The position numbers and the translations under genes are program-made. A model generated the notes under the pieces. The model was not told the origin of the DNA, searched no databases, and saw only the letters and a program-made list of their open reading frames with translations. From assembly GCA_013265495.1 (NCBI GenBank), contig MU058584.1, positions 5,214,508 through 5,278,507 on the forward strand: 64,000 nt of DNA, read 5' to 3'. Position 1 is the stretch's first letter, and every line of letters begins with the position of its first letter. Of the stretch, positions 14,515-26,331 are shown one piece after another. The DNA is from Vicugna vicugna. Taxonomy: Eukaryota.

Positions 14515-14740
14515 AGTAAGCACCTACTACAAGACGCTAAACACTGTTCTTCGTGCTTTATGTAAATGTCTTCCTTTAACGATCTCTACAGCCCTCAACT
14601 GTTGTCATGACCATTTTATGGATGAGTAAACTGAGGCAAAGAAAAGTAAAAAGATGTCCTATACCTCACAGCTAGTAAGTGGTAGAGCCAAGATTTAAAT
14701 CTTGGCAGTCTGTCACCAGAACCCAAAGAAGTACCACTAT
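14515..14740 (-). mobile_element. MIR SINE
   Basis: 'ccattttatggatgagtaaactgaggca...cacagctagtaagtggtagagccaagatttaaatc'. Confidence 0.8.
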
Positions 14741-14820
14741 ATTATGAGACCTCCCAGAAGAAATACATCCATGAAATCTCCTAAATGTAGAAAACAGATC
14801 AAGTTTTACCAAAGCCTCTT

Positions 14821-15196
14821 TTTTTTGTTAAAGCGCAAATTTGTTTTATGACCAGTGTACTAACAAGTGAAGTGTAGGAACCTCCCAAAGTAGTATACTC
14901 ATGCTAGTGGGAGTTATTCACATTTAAACATTATTCTGTTTTCATTCTTCTTAATTGAGATATAATTACAGATATAATTATCTATTTGTTAAAGTGTTCA
15001 CTTACAATAGCCAAGACATGGAAGCAACCTAAATGTCCAACTGACAGATGACTGGATAAAGAAGTTGTGGTGTGTGTATATATATAATGGAATATTACTC
15101 AGCCATAAAAAGAATGAAATAATGCCATTTACGGAAACATGGATGGACCTGGAGATTATTATACTGAGTGAAGTAAGTCAGACAGAGAAAGACAAG
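14821..15196 (-). mobile_element. L1-mediated insertion with inverted 5' segment and non-L1 3' segment
   Basis: Exact 14-bp direct repeat taccaaagcctctt at 14807-14820 and 15197-15210; poly-T at the left end; L1 3'-terminus-like tract at ~14940-15000 (minus); L1 ORF2-end/3'UTR tract at 15001-15196 (plus). Confidence 0.85.
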
Positions 15197-15846
15197 TACC
15201 AAAGCCTCTTGAATATAAATTATTCAAATGGATAAAAGTGGCTTACCATGACTTCTAGGATTCTTATTGAAACTCACCATGGTATTTATAGTATTCCAAA
15301 TAGATGTGAGAGGTAAGAATAAATGCCCGTATATGTGATGTGGTTACTGTTCCTATAACCGGTGCTCCAGCCCTGAATGGCTGGGCCATTGTCCACTTTG
15401 ACTTTGACCTTCCAGCCGCTCTTGTTCCTGAATCACCAAGTTCCTCAGTGCACCCTCCCCTGCTGATGCATGTTCTCATGTACTAAGTCATGATGGTAAA
15501 TATTCTTCTGTTCCCATTTTTTCAGCAAGCAGAATAAAGAGCAACTGCAGCCTGTAAGAGTGTATGAAATGTAGAGCAGGAAGGTTCTAACGTGAAGGTC
15601 ACAGAATCTATTACACAGCACTGTTTCCAGAGTGCTCAGCATGTCACACCACCCTGCAGAGCTGGGAATGCAGAAACAAAGGCCTCCAGTGTCATTTCCA
15701 TTTGTAAGAAGACTGAATTAGTGTTGCTAGGGAAACAAAACCTGGGTTTCCTATTAAGTTTACTTTCAGCTTATACATCACCCTTCTCCCATCCTTAGTG
15801 AAACAGTAGAGGAAGAAACCACAGTTCTTTTATTAAAATGTCTTGG

Positions 15847-16010
15847 GGCTGGGGAATGGTATAGCTCAATTGTTAGAGTGCATGCTTAGCATGCAGAAGG
15901 TCCTGGGTTCAATTCCCAGTACCTCCATTAAAAATAAATAAATAAATAAAAAGAATTACTCCCTGCCTCAAAAAAATAATAAAATAAAATATGAAAATAA
16001 ATAAGTAAAT
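15847..16010 (+). mobile_element. tRNA-Ala-derived SINE (camelid Vic-1 type)
   Basis: tRNA-Ala(AGC)-like head with A and B boxes, (AAAT)n tail; TSD aaaatgtcttgg at 15835-15846 and 16011-16022. Confidence 0.92.
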
Positions 16011-16699
16011 AAAATGTCTTGGATCACATTTTTCCCAGGTAAAGATAACTCACAGGAGGATAGATTTGGACATCTCTTATCATAAAAGTGATTCAGCTAC
16101 ACCTAGATTTTAGTATACGGTGGGAAAAGCCACATGGAGTGATGCACTGTCTGCATTTCTCTCTGTAACCATAAGAGCATATGGCCCAGGAATGGCTCTT
16201 GACTCTATTTTTATGGTCACAATTGTCACATTGAAGTCTCAGAGGATACATATAAACCAAAAAACAGAGGAGAGAAGAAAGATTGGAGCCAGTATGGTAA
16301 AGGAGGAGGTCAGAATAGTGAGGTGGAGAGCTGGGAAAGTGGAGATGAAGAAAGCAAATTGTGAAACCAGCTTAGTAGTTAGGGATGAAAGTACCAGACT
16401 TTCAAAAGGGAGTTGACCCGTTGACTGACACTGAGGAACTAGGATTCTGGAAATATAGGAAACAAATAGAGGAAATAGGTTGCTAGCTGAGTCAAACCAA
16501 GCCAGGTGTCAAGAGATGGTCTGGAGAAAGGGTATAAATCTCACTTGGATGGGGCTGTGTCTGCGCAAGTGTGGGTTTCTCCTCCCTTTACCAAAGTGCT
16601 GCCATCTTAACAGGGAAAACCAAGTATGCTCTCTGCTGATTGCTCAGATGTGAGTGTGTGCCCACTTCCAACTGCTTGTCATATCCTAGTCTTGATTCG

Positions 16700-17025
16700 T
16701 TACCAATCCCAAATGTCTGGGAAGCTGTACTTGTTTCTCAAATCTCCACTCAACCATCTATTTCAAGGGACATCTATGTCAACTCTGCAGACTAGACTCA
16801 ATCCATATTATGCACTGTCCAAGCTTGGCTGTCATTTTCTTCAAATCATTCACAGTTAGGAATTACATAGCTCTGTGACTCTTTTTCCTGTTTTTCCCTT
16901 ACTAAACTGTAAGCTCCTGGAGTGTAAGAAGTATGTTTGTTTCTGCTTAGCATTGTATTCCCAGTTCCTACACAGAGCCCAGCACATAGTAGGTGTTCAC
17001 TTTACATTTCTCAACGAATGAATGC
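16700..17025 (+). mobile_element. L2 3' end
   Basis: 'actaaactgtaagctcctggag...gtattcccagttccta...cagcacatagtaggtgttca...gaatgaatg'. Confidence 0.75.
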
Positions 17026-17949
17026 ATGTATCCTAAACAGATAAGATCAGAAGGTAAACAAATCAACTCCACGGGGGAGATAAAGAGAGCAAGCCTTCAA
17101 GGCCAGCAGGAATCCACAGAATCATGTCAACTTCTGGCTGAACTTCACTTCCTTCCCGAGGAAGCAGACACCCCTAGACAGCACAGCTCGGAAGATGGAC
17201 CAGATAAAATCTGGGTACATGATGAGTTTTTGTTGCAGCCTTATCTTCCACGTACAATGTCAGCACTTGGCTTTTCTTCTATGACTGTGAGAGGCTTTCA
17301 AAAATGAGATTCTGAATAAGTTCTCAGTGTGTTCCGGTGTGCTGCCTTCAGCCAAGGATCACTTGTATTTCCTGGGACCGGAAAGAGCTGGGCCCCATGA
17401 GTAAACAGCCTCTTGGGTCAGACACAGAAATCAGCTCAGTGGTACTTGGCAATTTCCTACAACTTACAACTTCTGTCCCTGCCAACCTGGGGAGATAGGA
17501 TGCCATCTCCTCAGCTTCTTCAAGATTCCATAAATGGTGTTCCTGTCGCAAACACGTAGCCAGAGGCAGAGAAAGGTGATGACATAGTTCTTTTGCAACT
17601 GCAGGAGAATTAAAAATTACATCCAGCTTCAGTTAGGAAGCAGCAGACCTGGTAGTCAAGACCCATTACATAAGCTACTTGAGTCACATTATATTTAATC
17701 AAAAACTGCTTTATTCATTTGTACTGTCCTATTTGTAATATTACAGTAAGGGGGAAAGGTTTCAAGAAAGGAAGGCTCCAGAGGATACCACAGAACGCCC
17801 AAGAGCAAATCTCTAATTCTGTACTAATAACTGTGACTTCGCCTATATCAGGAAAGAGGGCCTAAAGAAAGGACTGGCTCTGGTAGATTCAGAAGCTATT
17901 GGAACTTTCCGAAGTAGAGAATTTTCTTAGAAGAAGCAGAAGGAAGGTT

Positions 17950-18110
17950 ATGAAACAGAGGAACCCAGGCCTGAATACTGGTTTGGCCTCTGAGCTGCGT
18001 GACTTTGGACAAGTTACTCCATCCTTTGGAGACTCAGGTTCCTTATTTTAGTGATGCAGATGATAATATCTGCCTTCCTGTGCCCTTTCAAGGTTAGAAT
18101 GAATATGCAG
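17950..18110 (+). mobile_element. MIR SINE
   Basis: 'gctgcgtgactttggacaagttactcc...gactcaggttccttattt'. Confidence 0.65.
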
Positions 18111-19734
18111 GGAGTTGCCCAACCGGTGTCTGGCCCATTGCAATTTTAATCACTCAAACCTCTCTGAATTGCCCTCCTCACTTCCCCATTTTCCTTTCTG
18201 TCTTTTACCAGCCTGGTCCACACCATGTATCTTATATTCACGCTACTGATTTTCACATAGTCTGCTGAACCTGGTGGCATCGTTTTCTTGGTTTTAACTA
18301 TCTGTAACTGTTAATAAACTGTATTTTTTTGTGGCCCCACAGAATGAGGGAGCAAGAACAAAAGTGAGGGAGCTAGAGGGAAGAGAGTGAGAGAGCAAAT
18401 GAGGACCAACAAAGTCCAGAGACAGAAGCAGAAACCATATTTGATTATGTGCATTTGTCAGAGGCTCTGCCTGGTGCCTCTAAGGCTCAGGGGCATCTGA
18501 TGATCAGGAATAAATACAGCTGGGATGGCACTCTGGGCCCATCTCCACGTTCATTCTCATTTTCTTTTCACTATTCACTCTGTTTCCCCAGATCCAATCC
18601 TCCTCCTTTACAATCCCAGCCTTTTGACCTGCCCTAACCCTGCCTTCCTCCGCTACCAGCTTGATGAAATTTGGTCCCTGGCTGCCATGCTTTTGCTCAT
18701 CCTCAGTGCAGTGCAGAATGATTCTCCTGTGTTCTCCGGCTCCCTCTGACCCCAGGGTTTCCCCTGCAGTCCCCTCTCAATCAGGCTCATTGTGGCTTTC
18801 AATATCATCTCTTTCTACCACTCCTCAAATGGTTTCCTAAATCCAAGAGTGTCCCATGTAGTTCTTGGCTGTCATACTTCCCTGGTTGTAGTTCTGTCTC
18901 CTGACTAGCTCATTCTTTCTTCCCATCTCCTTGAACCAAGAAGAAGTGTAGAGGCATTCTTATTTTTTCTTGATACTGCTCATTATCCCCATTGTGATTA
19001 TAGTACAAATAGCAAAAGCATGCTATTTTTTTCCTTTATTTTTGAAATAGAATTATATAATTAATTGGATTCTAGTGCAAAAAAGCCAAACGTTGTGGGA
19101 GGAAGCATTCAGATATGAAGCGTCTTTCAGGGTACTCAGACGTTTAGAATTACACAGAATCATCTGGGGCTTTCCATAGCCAAAAGATGATGTCAAAGAT
19201 GGATGGTGTTCAAATATTTTGTTTAAACCTTGGAATCATGTGACATCAAGTCAAATCATACAGAGAGCGACAAAACACAAAACAACTCAAAGCAGAGTTA
19301 CTGTGATCAAAGGGAAAGGTAGAGATGGCTTGGGGCTCCAGGTACTTCTACCCTCTTCCTCTCCAATAGCCCTGGAGCAACCCTGGGGCTCCAGGAAGCA
19401 CAAAGTGAAGACTTCTGCTTATTATGGGATGTAGATTTTTATAGTCGTAGAAGGAACACAATTGGGAGAAAACTAAAGAAGATGACACTGAGTGGTAAAG
19501 CATGTAAAATACGTAAGATTCAGGATATTTATTTTAGAATTACCTTGATATAATGGAGGCAGCACGCATGAGGCTGATAAAATCTCCTCCTGTTCTCTGA
19601 TCCAGAGAGTCTTTCTGTTGTCCTGCTGGAATCTCTGAGGTCAACTGGAACAGTCACAGTGAGACAGAGCGTGAGCAAACAGCTCTAGATGTCACATGAG
19701 GCTCCTCCCTTCCCAGCCCCATCAGTCTAGGCCC

Positions 19735-19960
19735 AGTCATTTAGCTGCTGAACGAATATTTAAGGAAGGTCTATTGTGTATCAGGCACTGTTTTAGGCAC
19801 ACGGACTACAATGGTACACATGACATATGAGGTTCAAACTCTCCTGGAGCCTACATTCTAGTGAGGCGGACAGAAAAACATCAACCAAACAAAAAGAATT
19901 TCAGAGAGTGATATGAGCTATGAAGAAAATTAAACTGGGAAGCAAAATAGAGAGGGAGGG
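19735..19960 (-). mobile_element. L2 3' end
   Basis: 'tgtatcaggcactgttttaggcac...ctcctggagcctacattctagtgagg'. Confidence 0.7.
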
Positions 19961-20248
19961 ATGATTGCATCCTTAGTGCCTGCTCTTTTAAGCCTGTTCT
20001 CTATGTTCCTGCTCATAGAGTAACATTGTTCTTTGAATTGTTTTTCTCTTTTTGCAGTTAGTTTAAGAGATACCTGGAGTTATCTTCCTTTCAGAAGAGA
20101 CTCCTTTCCCCTGGGAAGATCTGGGAGAAGGTGTTAAGGCAGTTATCCCCTGGATTTTAGAAAGAACTCTCTCTTTTCTGTATTTTTCTTTCTAGTTTGC
20201 TTCTTTGCCCTAAAGTGGTGAGATATCCAGGGTCAAGATTAGGAATTG

Positions 20249-20388
20249 AAGAGGGAGGGCATAGCTCAGTGGTACAGCACATGCTTAGCATGCACAAGGT
20301 CCTGGGTTCAATCCCCAGTACCTCCATTATGGAAAAAAATTAATAAAGAAATAAATAAACCTAATTACCACCTCCAAAAGAAAAATAC
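20249..20388 (+). mobile_element. tRNA-Ala-derived SINE (camelid Vic-1 type)
   Basis: 'atagctcagtggtacagcacatgcttagcatgcacaaggtcctgggttcaatccccagtacctcca' plus A-rich tail; TSD taggaattg at 20240-20248 and 20389-20397. Confidence 0.92.
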
Positions 20389-20861
20389 TAGGAATTGGGT
20401 CCAAGAAAAGGGGATGAGAGAGGCTACCTATTCTACTTTTAATACATCCTATTGGAGAGGTAAGGTATGACTCCCTGAAGTAAGAGTCATACTTCTGCGA
20501 TTTTTTCCCTGATTGACTCTCTGTACACCTCACATGGGAACATAAGAAAACCACAAGCTCCCGATGGAGACCTTCAAAGTTCAGATCCCCAAAGCCTTTC
20601 TCTTTCTACTATGCTGATATGATTAATATTGTCACTGCTTTTCTCAAAGTATTACTGGCAGCAGTAGGAAACTCAAATGTCAGGTCCCACGTTTGCACAG
20701 AACCTTCCAAACCCTTGAGAAGGGCCCTAGCCATATATTCACATGGTCATATACTATTGTAAAATTTACAAAAGTAGTACATTTGGGGGTCATTTCCCCA
20801 AATTATTCTTTAGACTTCAAAAACTCAGGTCTACTCCTGAGCATTATTAGACATAGAGCTT

Positions 20862-20895
20862 ATCCCTCAAAAGAGCCAATCCCTCAAAAGAGCCA
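20862..20895. repeat. Perfect 17-bp tandem duplication
   Basis: atccctcaaaagagcca twice (20862-20878, 20879-20895). Confidence 0.9.
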
Positions 20896-21386
20896 AGTCA
20901 GCATCTACTTATTATACTAAAAATAACATTTAATTGTTACTCTATTGCACTTAAGTATAGACTTTCCTGGAAAGAACGGCATTGTTACAACAAACTATTT
21001 TGACTATTGAACTGTCTATTTATCTAATAGTACCTGTTACATTGGAGCAGACAGGTAGCTAGACATGAGCAGAGAAATAAGAACCTACTCTCCATTGTAA
21101 TAGTTACAAAAGCCCTCACTTCCCCCAAACAAATAGAAGTTCATTCTGTTGTCTTTGTTTCCCAAAGTAAATGGTTAAACCACTGCTTTGAGCTCTTTAA
21201 ATACTTTTCTTTCAACACAAATGTAAGTTAAGGTGTGGTGAGCCTTCATGCTTGACATTCATCCTAGAACAAAATCTCACTTTAATGTTTGGAGAATATT
21301 TATTGGTAATGAGTTCAGTCCATTTTTTCCCTCAGTTGTCTTTTCTTTTCATGATAAAGGCCACCTAGATGATGAGGATGTGGAAA

Positions 21387-21837
21387 TGTAACCCAGCAGG
21401 ACCCCGTGGGGCCTTCCCAGGACAGACCCCTCCCCCACATCGTCTGCTGCAGCTCCTCTCTGAAGCACCCAGGTAACAGTATCTCATGCATAGTTCCTGA
21501 ATTTTTCAAACGCTAAAAACCACCACCAAATGGAAGAAATTAACTACGTGATGATCATGAGCACATAGACCCCAGACCCTCTGCCTAAGGACTGATCACC
21601 ATCAACTAATCAGAATTGTGCACAGCTGATCACATACCCTGGGTCACCCCTCCCTCAGCTGACCTTTAAAACTATTCAGCCGATACCCTTCGGGGGGTTC
21701 AGGGTTTCTGGGACACGTGACACTTGTTTGCCTTGCTCTGCCCAGCAATAAACCTTTCTCTGCGCCAAACTCTGACATTTTGGTTGGTTTGTTTGGCCTC
21801 ACTGAACATTAAGTATATGAACTCGTGTCCAATAACA
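21387..21837 (+). repeat. ERV 5' LTR (451 bp)
   Basis: Starts tgtaaccc and ends aataaca; AATAAA at 21747-21752; aligns with 26332-26770. Confidence 0.93.
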
Positions 21838-21841
21838 ACTT

Positions 21842-21863
21842 TGGTGAAGCCAACCTAGGAGTC
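21842..21863 (+). promoter_or_regulatory. Primer-binding site, tRNA-Arg-like (degenerate)
   Basis: tggtgaagccaacctaggagtc lies 4 nt after the LTR; compare the complement of the tRNA-Arg(ACG) 3' end, TGGCGAGCCAGCCAGGAGTC. Confidence 0.7.
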
Positions 21864-21926
21864 TGGATTCATGGCGGGTTAACCTCACCCAGGGGGATGC
21901 CCTTGCGTGGGTCCGAGCAGCTGTCA

Positions 21927-22336
21927 TGTGAAGGAAAAGCCCAGCTGGGCTAATGAGCTAAGTCACAAATCTAAGTGTGATAAGTGTCGGTTTACTGATA
22001 TAAGTTCTGCTGGGCTAACTCGTAAATCTGAAGTTTAGTGTCAGATTACTGGGCTAACAAGCTAACTTGTAAATCCAAGCTCAACAAGTGTCAGAAACGT
22101 GATCTGTTCCGAATTGATAAGCTTCGGTGTACTGATTCCTTGCTTTTTGTTGTTTGAGCCTTATTGGCTAATAGCCCCATACTTGTAATTAACCCTATAA
22201 AACCTCATGCGCACGTCTTGGAGGTGCTCAGAGCTTCGGAGCAGAAGCCCCTCTGAGCCCGCCGGCGTAATATATCTGAGTACTCCAACCCTCCAAGTGG
22301 TGCTTGTTTCTTGGCTGGCCTGTCATTTCCGTAACA
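21927..22336 (+). mobile_element. Nested solo LTR of a different ERV family
   Basis: Imperfect terminal inverted repeats tgtgaaggaa...ttccgtaaca; three U3-like repeats starting ctgggctaa; TATA-like cctataaaa at ~22194-22202; 'gagcccgccggcgtaatata' poly(A)-signal region. Confidence 0.75.
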
Positions 22337-23224
22337 ACCAGAGCTCACTTCACTCCAGGGAACAGGGAAGGACTCTTCCCGACAGGCACCAGCCACCCTG
22401 CCTGAGGCTGTTTGGAGCTGAGCAGTGGCCCACATTCAGAGTGTCGCCTGAGGGTGAGTTGCTCCAGCTTGCTCAGGCTGGGAATTCTTTCCACTCTATC
22501 TGGGCTCATTCCTTTATGGAAAGTGAGCCACTCTGGGCTCTTTGCGAGCCACTCTGGGTCCGTTCTCCTTTGAGAGCGGGGCCCAGTCTGTTTGGAAGCC
22601 TCCGCCTGGGGGTGGAAGTGGGGTTTTGAGACTACACCTCCTCTGATTGTCTGTCTGTGCGACCGCAGCTTGTTTGTTGTTCGTGTTTTTGTGTGACTCG
22701 TTTCGGGGTGAGCCACTCCGGCTTGCGCAGGGTGGGAAAATTCTACCCGCTCCACCTGGGCTCATTCCCTTCCAGGAAGTGAGTCATTCTGGGCTTATTG
22801 GGAGCCAGGCCACTCTGGAAGCCTCTGTCTGGGAGTCGAAGTGGAATTTTTGGGGCCACACATGTCTGATCTTTTGTCTGTGGGTCCATGCTTGTTGTGT
22901 GATACACATACAGGTGTGTGTGTGTATCAGTACTTGCATGGCCCTTTGTGACATCTTTGGTGAGTAACAGGGCTCCAGTGTGACGACACCAGGATATCCT
23001 TCCCTATTGCATTGGCTTCACCTGCGGCAGAGCATCGGTTGGAATTTTCCCTTTCTAGACTTACTCATTCAGCTTCATTTCTGGGGCACTGGTTGGGGTT
23101 CTCCCCTTTCGAACTAACGAGGCATTGGTTGGGAATCCTCCTTTTGGGGGCCAGGGAACTGTGACCCTGAGAGACCATTTTGAATTGTTGTTTGCTTGAT
23201 ATTTGAAAACATGAATAATTAAAT

Positions 23225-23422
23225 ATGGATGATCAGAGCTCTGTTTCATCTTATATTCCCCCTAGGGTATATTGAGCAAACCTGGGAGATCTTCAGCTAT
23301 GCTCCCACAAATGAAATAAAATTGTATTTTTTTATTGTAACACTGTGGGCTCAGTACTCCCTGAGATCTGGAGAACAATGAACCTAATGGCTCTACTATT
23401 ATATCAAAGTCGGCCTTTTGCA
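23225..23422 (+). pseudogene. gag: ERV gag matrix (N-terminal) relic, frameshifted
   Basis: Manual translation across frameshifts gives MDDQSSVSS..PLGYIEQTWEIF...LYF/YCNTV.AQYSLRSGEQ*..NGS, resembling class I Gag SPLGCILKNW...LIFFCNTAWPQY.L..GE.WP.NGS. Confidence 0.75.
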
Positions 23423-25789
23423 ATTGCTTCAGCTTTTATTATGGGGGAGGGGATGATGAGTCTAAGTGTCTCGGTACCTGAGTCTGAATCCTGTTGTCTC
23501 TTCCTGGTTTTGTTGAAAGTGAGACACATGAATGTGAGCAAAGGATACATGTATTATTGCGTATTACTGTTATTTCTTTAAACTGAAGTGGATATTTGAG
23601 AACTGGGGGGAAAAAAAACCCCGAAAATAGTCAATATGGTTGGGTTTTATAAAAGCAGTTAGAGGAGGAACTTGAATTTCCCTTCCTGTGCCTTTAAGAT
23701 GTAGATGATCTACCTGGGTTTTCAAGAAAAAATTTTTTTAAAGTTTTTTTTTCCCCTAAACTCAAGCAGAAAAACTGTAAGATACCTGGTTCTATCTTTA
23801 TATTAAAAAATTGACTTGTATATGAGCTCTATTTAATTGACTTTAAAGTAAATACCTATAAATTAAGTACTTCTAAGTATAAAAGAAGCTAGACAGAACA
23901 AATTTCAGGTTTATGTGATCTGGGAAATATTCAATATTGAATTGACATCTGATATGAAATTTAGCTTAAGCTTGTTGGTATAATCAATGCACACGTCTTT
24001 CATTGTACCTAAGTTTACTAAAAGTCGGTAAGTTCATGTTGTCGCTGTTACAGAGTTTGCCAGCAGAAAAAAAAAATTAACTTGGTCTGATGAAATTCTT
24101 ATAAGTGTATTAAATGCAAATGGGATAAGAACTTTGGGGAGAACTCTTTAGAAATAATTATTTTAGGAATGTCTACTTAAAGAATATCTCCTTATAAATG
24201 ATATCTTCAGATATTTGGTGACTTGAAATTTTAGAGTTGTGCTAAATTAAGTTAAATGATGGAAGTTGATTGAATAGTTCAATAGCTAGGTCCTTTCCAA
24301 ACAAACAAGATCCTGAAACATTCACTAGAAATTAAGATTTTTAAGAATTGAGCATTCTAATTTAAATATATAATTGAAGCTACTAAAAATAATGGGGGAA
24401 CATTTCAATATATAGCAGGAAAGTAAGGTACATATTTTGAGGGTGAAAAAAAAGGTATGAGGAATAGAATTGCAGTTTGTTAAGAGAAAAGAAAATGATT
24501 TGGCCCTAGAGCTGGTTGTTTCTAGATGGGGAAAAAATAATAATAATAAGGGACAAACTAATTTGGATACAGAAAGTCGTGGGAAGTTTGTAGAAAGAGA
24601 GCCCTAAAAAAAAAAAAAAAGAGAGAGTTCTGTGCATGGTCAGCTGAAACTAGATTAAACTTAATTAGGGAGATGGATTTTATTACCGAAAGTAGGCTGG
24701 GCAGGACTAGATCTGGTTCCTCTCTGTTAAGAAGAGAAATTTACTTAGGATGCTTCTTATAGCAGATTTTGTGAAACTTTTAGATGTTTTTGAGAACCTT
24801 CCTATCAAATTCTGATTAAAGTTCTTTTGACTTTAGCTGACTTTGGGGTGCTTTGGAGGGTCCCTGAGACATCTCAGAGAAAAATATTAAACTAACTAGG
24901 ATTGGTTGCCATATTGAATTGCATGGGAAACATTGTCAAATGAGTGGTAAGCCTCCTCAGATTATGTGGTATGGATAAACATTGTTGATGTGGATGTGAT
25001 GGAGATTATGTGGGGTGTCTGAGGTTGGATATGTCCTGGTGTTAATGTTGTCAGTCATGGTTCTACATGTTATCCTGGAATGTTATATGTCACAGCAACT
25101 TGATGAAGCTTCTTTGTCAAAAACATTGTAATCGGACCTTTTACCTTGCCTTTTTGGGTCCTTTGTCATTCAGGGACAGTTAAGCTGTTGCTTTGTAGGA
25201 CTGCATCATCTTCAAGAAAATTTATAAAAGGGACATTGTGACAAATACAGGTCTCTTTTGGATCATACTGTTGACTTGGATAGGTTATTCAGTGTAATGA
25301 AAACTCTGATTTCATAAAACTATCAGTAAAAGGGATTGATTGCATAAGATTGAGTGAACTGATGAACATGGTTATAAGTTTTTGGGTGACTGAGCTACCA
25401 CCCCAGCATTGAGGGACAGATGTTTTGATCATCAATGCTTCCTATCAAAACATTTGTAATCAAAAGGGGAAATGGGAAAACATCTGTACATACTGAGGTG
25501 TAGGGAAGCCTTTCTGGCTTATACCTGGTTTGACTTAAGCATTACTGATCCAAGTGGCCTGTTTTAAGGCCTTTGGGCACACATTGTACATCTGCTTTAG
25601 CCTTGAGAAGGGGAATGAATTTGAAAGTCAAAGTGGAGCAGCTGGGTTTAGACATTGGCAGTAAACCCAGATGGCCATTGTGGATGAGAACCCTCATCCT
25701 CTGAGCTGTGTCACACTGGGGATGCCACCAGCCATCCTCAAAGCAGTGTCTGCTGGCAGATGGCAACTGCAACCTTATGACCTCAAGGT

Positions 25790-25980
25790 CTCCTCTTCTA
25801 ATTCTTAAATTTTTAGGCAATAAAACTTTTTTTGATCAGATGTTAGCAGAAAAAAAGGAGAGACATGTAGTGGTCAATAGCTCTTGTTATATATATATAT
25901 GATATATCATATATATATATATCACATCAAAAGTTAAAACCTACTCAGATAAAAGTAGACAACTGGCTGTTTGGCTATAA
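25790..25980 (+). pseudogene. env: ERV env transmembrane-subunit relic (immunosuppressive domain / CX6CC region)
   Basis: LGNKTFFDQMLAEKKERHVVVNSSCYIYI resembles LDNRLALDYLLAEQGGVCAVINxxCCTYI; downstream KVKTYSDKSRQLAVWL resembles the following heptad. Confidence 0.7.
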
Positions 25981-26310
25981 ATGTCCCCCAAAAGTGCCAG
26001 GTCCGGACTGGTCTTCATGCTTAGTCTCCTGAATTCCAGGGAATGAGCTCTGAATCATACAAGACTCAGATCCAGCACTTGGAACTCGGGAGTACTTCCA
26101 GCTTGGTGTCCACTCCCCATATTGAAGTAAGACTACACCCCGTTTCGGCAGGAAGTAGCCAGAGCGGTCATCACCCCGTTCCCTGAAAGATCTGGGGAGG
26201 GATGAAACAGGATTGGAGACTCAAATCGTGTTCTTCTGCTGAGTTTCTGATTAACCTCTCTCTCCATTCCTCTCCTTATCTAACACCTGTTCTCCTCAAG
26301 ACTGAGGACT

Positions 26311-26330
26311 AGCAAAGAAAAGCAGAGGAC
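26311..26330 (+). promoter_or_regulatory. Polypurine tract
   Basis: agcaaagaaaagcagaggac immediately before the 3' LTR. Confidence 0.7.
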
Positions 26331-26331
26331 C

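Noticed and set aside
21946..22830. CRISPR-like repeat/spacer array
   Set aside because: The repeats are few, degenerate and irregularly spaced, in mammalian ERV context.
22207..22967. Cluster of longer ORFs (140, 136 and 106 aa) as viral genes
   Set aside because: They span the nested LTR and GC-rich leader, where stop codons are rare, and show no retroviral protein motif.
25708..25902. Domesticated env (syncytin-like) gene
   Set aside because: Only a short degenerate TM relic remains; the CX6CC cysteines are mostly lost, a TA repeat disrupts it, and no SU or signal peptide is visible.
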